This document shows positions 25,945-26,440 of a DNA stretch of 26,440 nucleotides, in pieces (the first letter of the stretch is position 1; each line of letters starts with the position of its first letter). The DNA is from Longimicrobiales bacterium (GTDB lineage Bacteria; Gemmatimonadota; Gemmatimonadetes; Longimicrobiales; Longimicrobiaceae), in NCBI GenBank assembly GCA_038233155.1, contig JBBSMO010000001.1, positions 1 through 26,440 on the forward strand, given 5' to 3'. Position numbers and translations under genes: made by a program. The notes beneath the pieces were generated by a model. The model searched no databases. It was not told the DNA's origin and worked only from the letters and a program-made list of their open reading frames with translations.

Positions 25945-26440
25945 CGGTTGAAGATGCCGCCGCATGGCTGTTCGCGCGGCGTGCGAACGGGGTGCGGTGG
26001 GGGCTCGAACGGACCCGCGACCTGCTCGCCGGTGCGGATGATCCGCACCGGCGTTTTCACAGCGTCCTGGTTGGCGGTACCAACGGCAAGGGTTCGGTCG
26101 CAGCCATGTGCGAGTCGGTCCTGCGGCAGAGCGCGGCGGAGCCGGCGAAGATTGGCCTGTATACCTCGCCGCACTTGGTGGATTTCCGAGAGCGCATCCG
26201 CATCGGTGGCTCGCCGGTAGATCCGGAGTTGTTCCTCGGCGCCGTCGACCACTTGCGCCCCCGGATCGATTCTACGGGCGCTACCTTCTTTGAGGCCACC
26301 ACCGCTGCCGCCTTTCTCTGTTTCGCCAGGGCAGGCGTAGAACTAGCCGTCGTCGAGGTCGGCCTCGGCGGCAGGTTGGATGCGACGAATGTCCTTGACC
26401 CGCTCGTCAGCGCCGTCACCAACATCTCGCTCGAGCACAC
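25941..26440 (+). CDS. folC: Folylpolyglutamate synthase / dihydrofolate synthase, 5' part (runs off the right edge)
   Basis: Hand translation from ATG 25941 (ATGA overlap with accD): ...GLERTR...VGGTNGKGS...YTSPHLVDFRERIRI...TFFEATT...EVGLGGRLDATNV...ITNISLEH-type end. Not in the ORF track. Confidence 0.95.
   Translation, partial: MTVEDAAAWLFARRANGVRWGLERTRDLLAGADDPHRRFHSVLVGGTNGKGSVAAMCESVLRQSAAEPAKIGLYTSPHLVDFRERIRIGGSPVDPELFLGAVDHLRPRIDSTGATFFEATTAAAFLCFARAGVELAVVEVGLGGRLDATNVLDPLVSAVTNISLEH

Noticed and set aside
236-26440. Many long overlapping and antisense ORFs in the six-frame track
   Set aside because: Expected shadow frames of high-GC coding DNA; Arg/Pro/Ala/Gly-rich with no motifs, and they overlap well-supported genes.

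Overview
High-GC bacterial chromosomal window, mostly core housekeeping genes; a Gemmatimonadota-like origin is my unverified inference from gene order and protein style. Plus strand: serS (3' end), a sensor histidine kinase, pcrA, murA, a phasin-like gene, rimP-nusA-L7Ae-infB-rbfA-truB-ribF, rpsO, pnp, ald, dut, mreB-mreC-mreD-rodA, accD and folC (5' part). One minus-strand operon (about 6838 to 3700) encodes a PII-like protein, collapsed remnants of a carbon-nitrogen hydrolase and probably nadE, a DUF948/YtxG-like and YtxH-like pair, and a Zn-dependent phospholipase C/P1-nuclease-family gene broken by one in-frame TAG. Main anomalies: decay confined to that operon, no PBP2 (mrdA) gene between mreD and rodA, an apparent CTG start for mreC, Asp in place of the fosfomycin-target Cys in MurA, and a nested inverted/tandem repeat element between rodA and accD. 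I found no CRISPR array, tRNA/rRNA, transposase, prophage or defence system. No complete new multi-gene system is demonstrable from sequence alone; the minus-strand operon is the best candidate. Family assignments come from recalled motifs, not database searches.
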